From Takakia lepidozioides (lineage: Eukaryota; Plantae; Bryophyta): DNA of 64,000 bases. Positions 63,401 to 64,000 of this stretch are shown piece after piece. The stretch lies in the NCBI GenBank assembly GCA_030704615.1, contig CM060731.1:42408001-42472000 (forward strand). The letters are read 5' to 3'. Each line of letters opens with the position of its first letter. The first letter of the stretch is position 1. A model generated the notes under the pieces. It had not been told where the DNA came from. It did no database searches and saw nothing but the letters and a program-made list of their open reading frames with translations. The position numbers were made by a program, and so were the translations under genes.

Positions 63401-64000
63401 TAGGCAACAAACACATTCCAAACTGGAATGATGAACTGAAAGCCCTGGGGTATGAATCTCCCTTGGCCAGGTATGTTCTTCTCCAGCAATAGTATGGTTG
63501 ATTGATTGGGTATGAAAAGTAAGGCATCCTTGATGATACCTGAAATAAGCACAGAGCATCTAAAGGACTTTTGAATGCCGATATTATGAGCTAAGCCCTG
63601 GTAAGACAGCTTACGGGAGTATGTGTACACCTTATACATGATCCGGTCAATGCACACTACTTTTGTTAGCTAGTCTCATGTAGCCGATGCCTTATATCAG
63701 AATCAGATACCTTATGATTGAGTGACTGCCATGTCCTTTGATCAAGTGCTTCTATACTTCTCTTAGATATGGCTTTGCTCCTTGTGGCACCATAAGAAAA
63801 TACCCAACTCTAATCTGTTGCTAGAAGATGTTTTGTCTATATCACAGGCATGTTACTACAGACCTGAGCTGCTGTGTATCTTGACAAGGTTCCTTGAACG
63901 AGGTTCCTTCCCTAGCCTGTTCTTCCCTGTGCAAGAACTTATTGAGATACTGAAAGGTATTTTCTAAAAACTTGTACCTATCCAGAGCTAAGTATACCAC
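48481..64000. repeat. Non-coding head-to-tail tandem array with a 2941-2953 bp monomer (5 full units plus a partial sixth)
   Basis: Unit starts at 48481, 51433, 54384, 57337, 60278 and 63220. Units are near-identical, have no recognisable protein domain, and continue beyond the window. Confidence 0.98.

Noticed and set aside
48481-64000. Protein-coding genes, 5S/45S rDNA, snRNA or hammerhead retrozymes in the array
   Set aside because: The ORFs are short, overlapping, domainless and altered by unit indels. I recognised no rRNA, snRNA or complete hammerhead core by eye.

Overview
Eukaryotic, repeat-rich land-plant DNA. A seed-free plant is an inference from the PLS-type PPR debris, the chromovirus and the RTE-X-like LINE. 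There is one intact host gene: a 5-exon, probably plastid-targeted GNAT acetyltransferase (10043-13557, +) with a truncated LINE in intron 2. The rest is mobile or repetitive DNA. (1) A deleted Ty3/gypsy element split by a MITE lies at about 5.5-7.5 kb. (2) An 11-13 kb block is present twice (14382-27262 and 35044-45983); each copy holds spliced gene relics and a chromodomain Ty3/gypsy element at the same TTTAT target site, and each has different deletions. (3) A 500-N assembly gap is followed by a second LTR element carrying a UDP-glycosyltransferase fragment. (4) A non-coding 2.94-2.95 kb head-to-tail array runs from 48481 to the window end, with diverged relatives dispersed in both orientations. 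Best leads: a spliced, decayed bacterial-type (beta-class N4/N6) DNA methyltransferase-like gene, with a possible motif-IV half on the opposite strand; and the unnamed 3 kb tandem-plus-dispersed family with a conserved two-state hairpin. No database searches were run; family assignments rest on recalled motifs.
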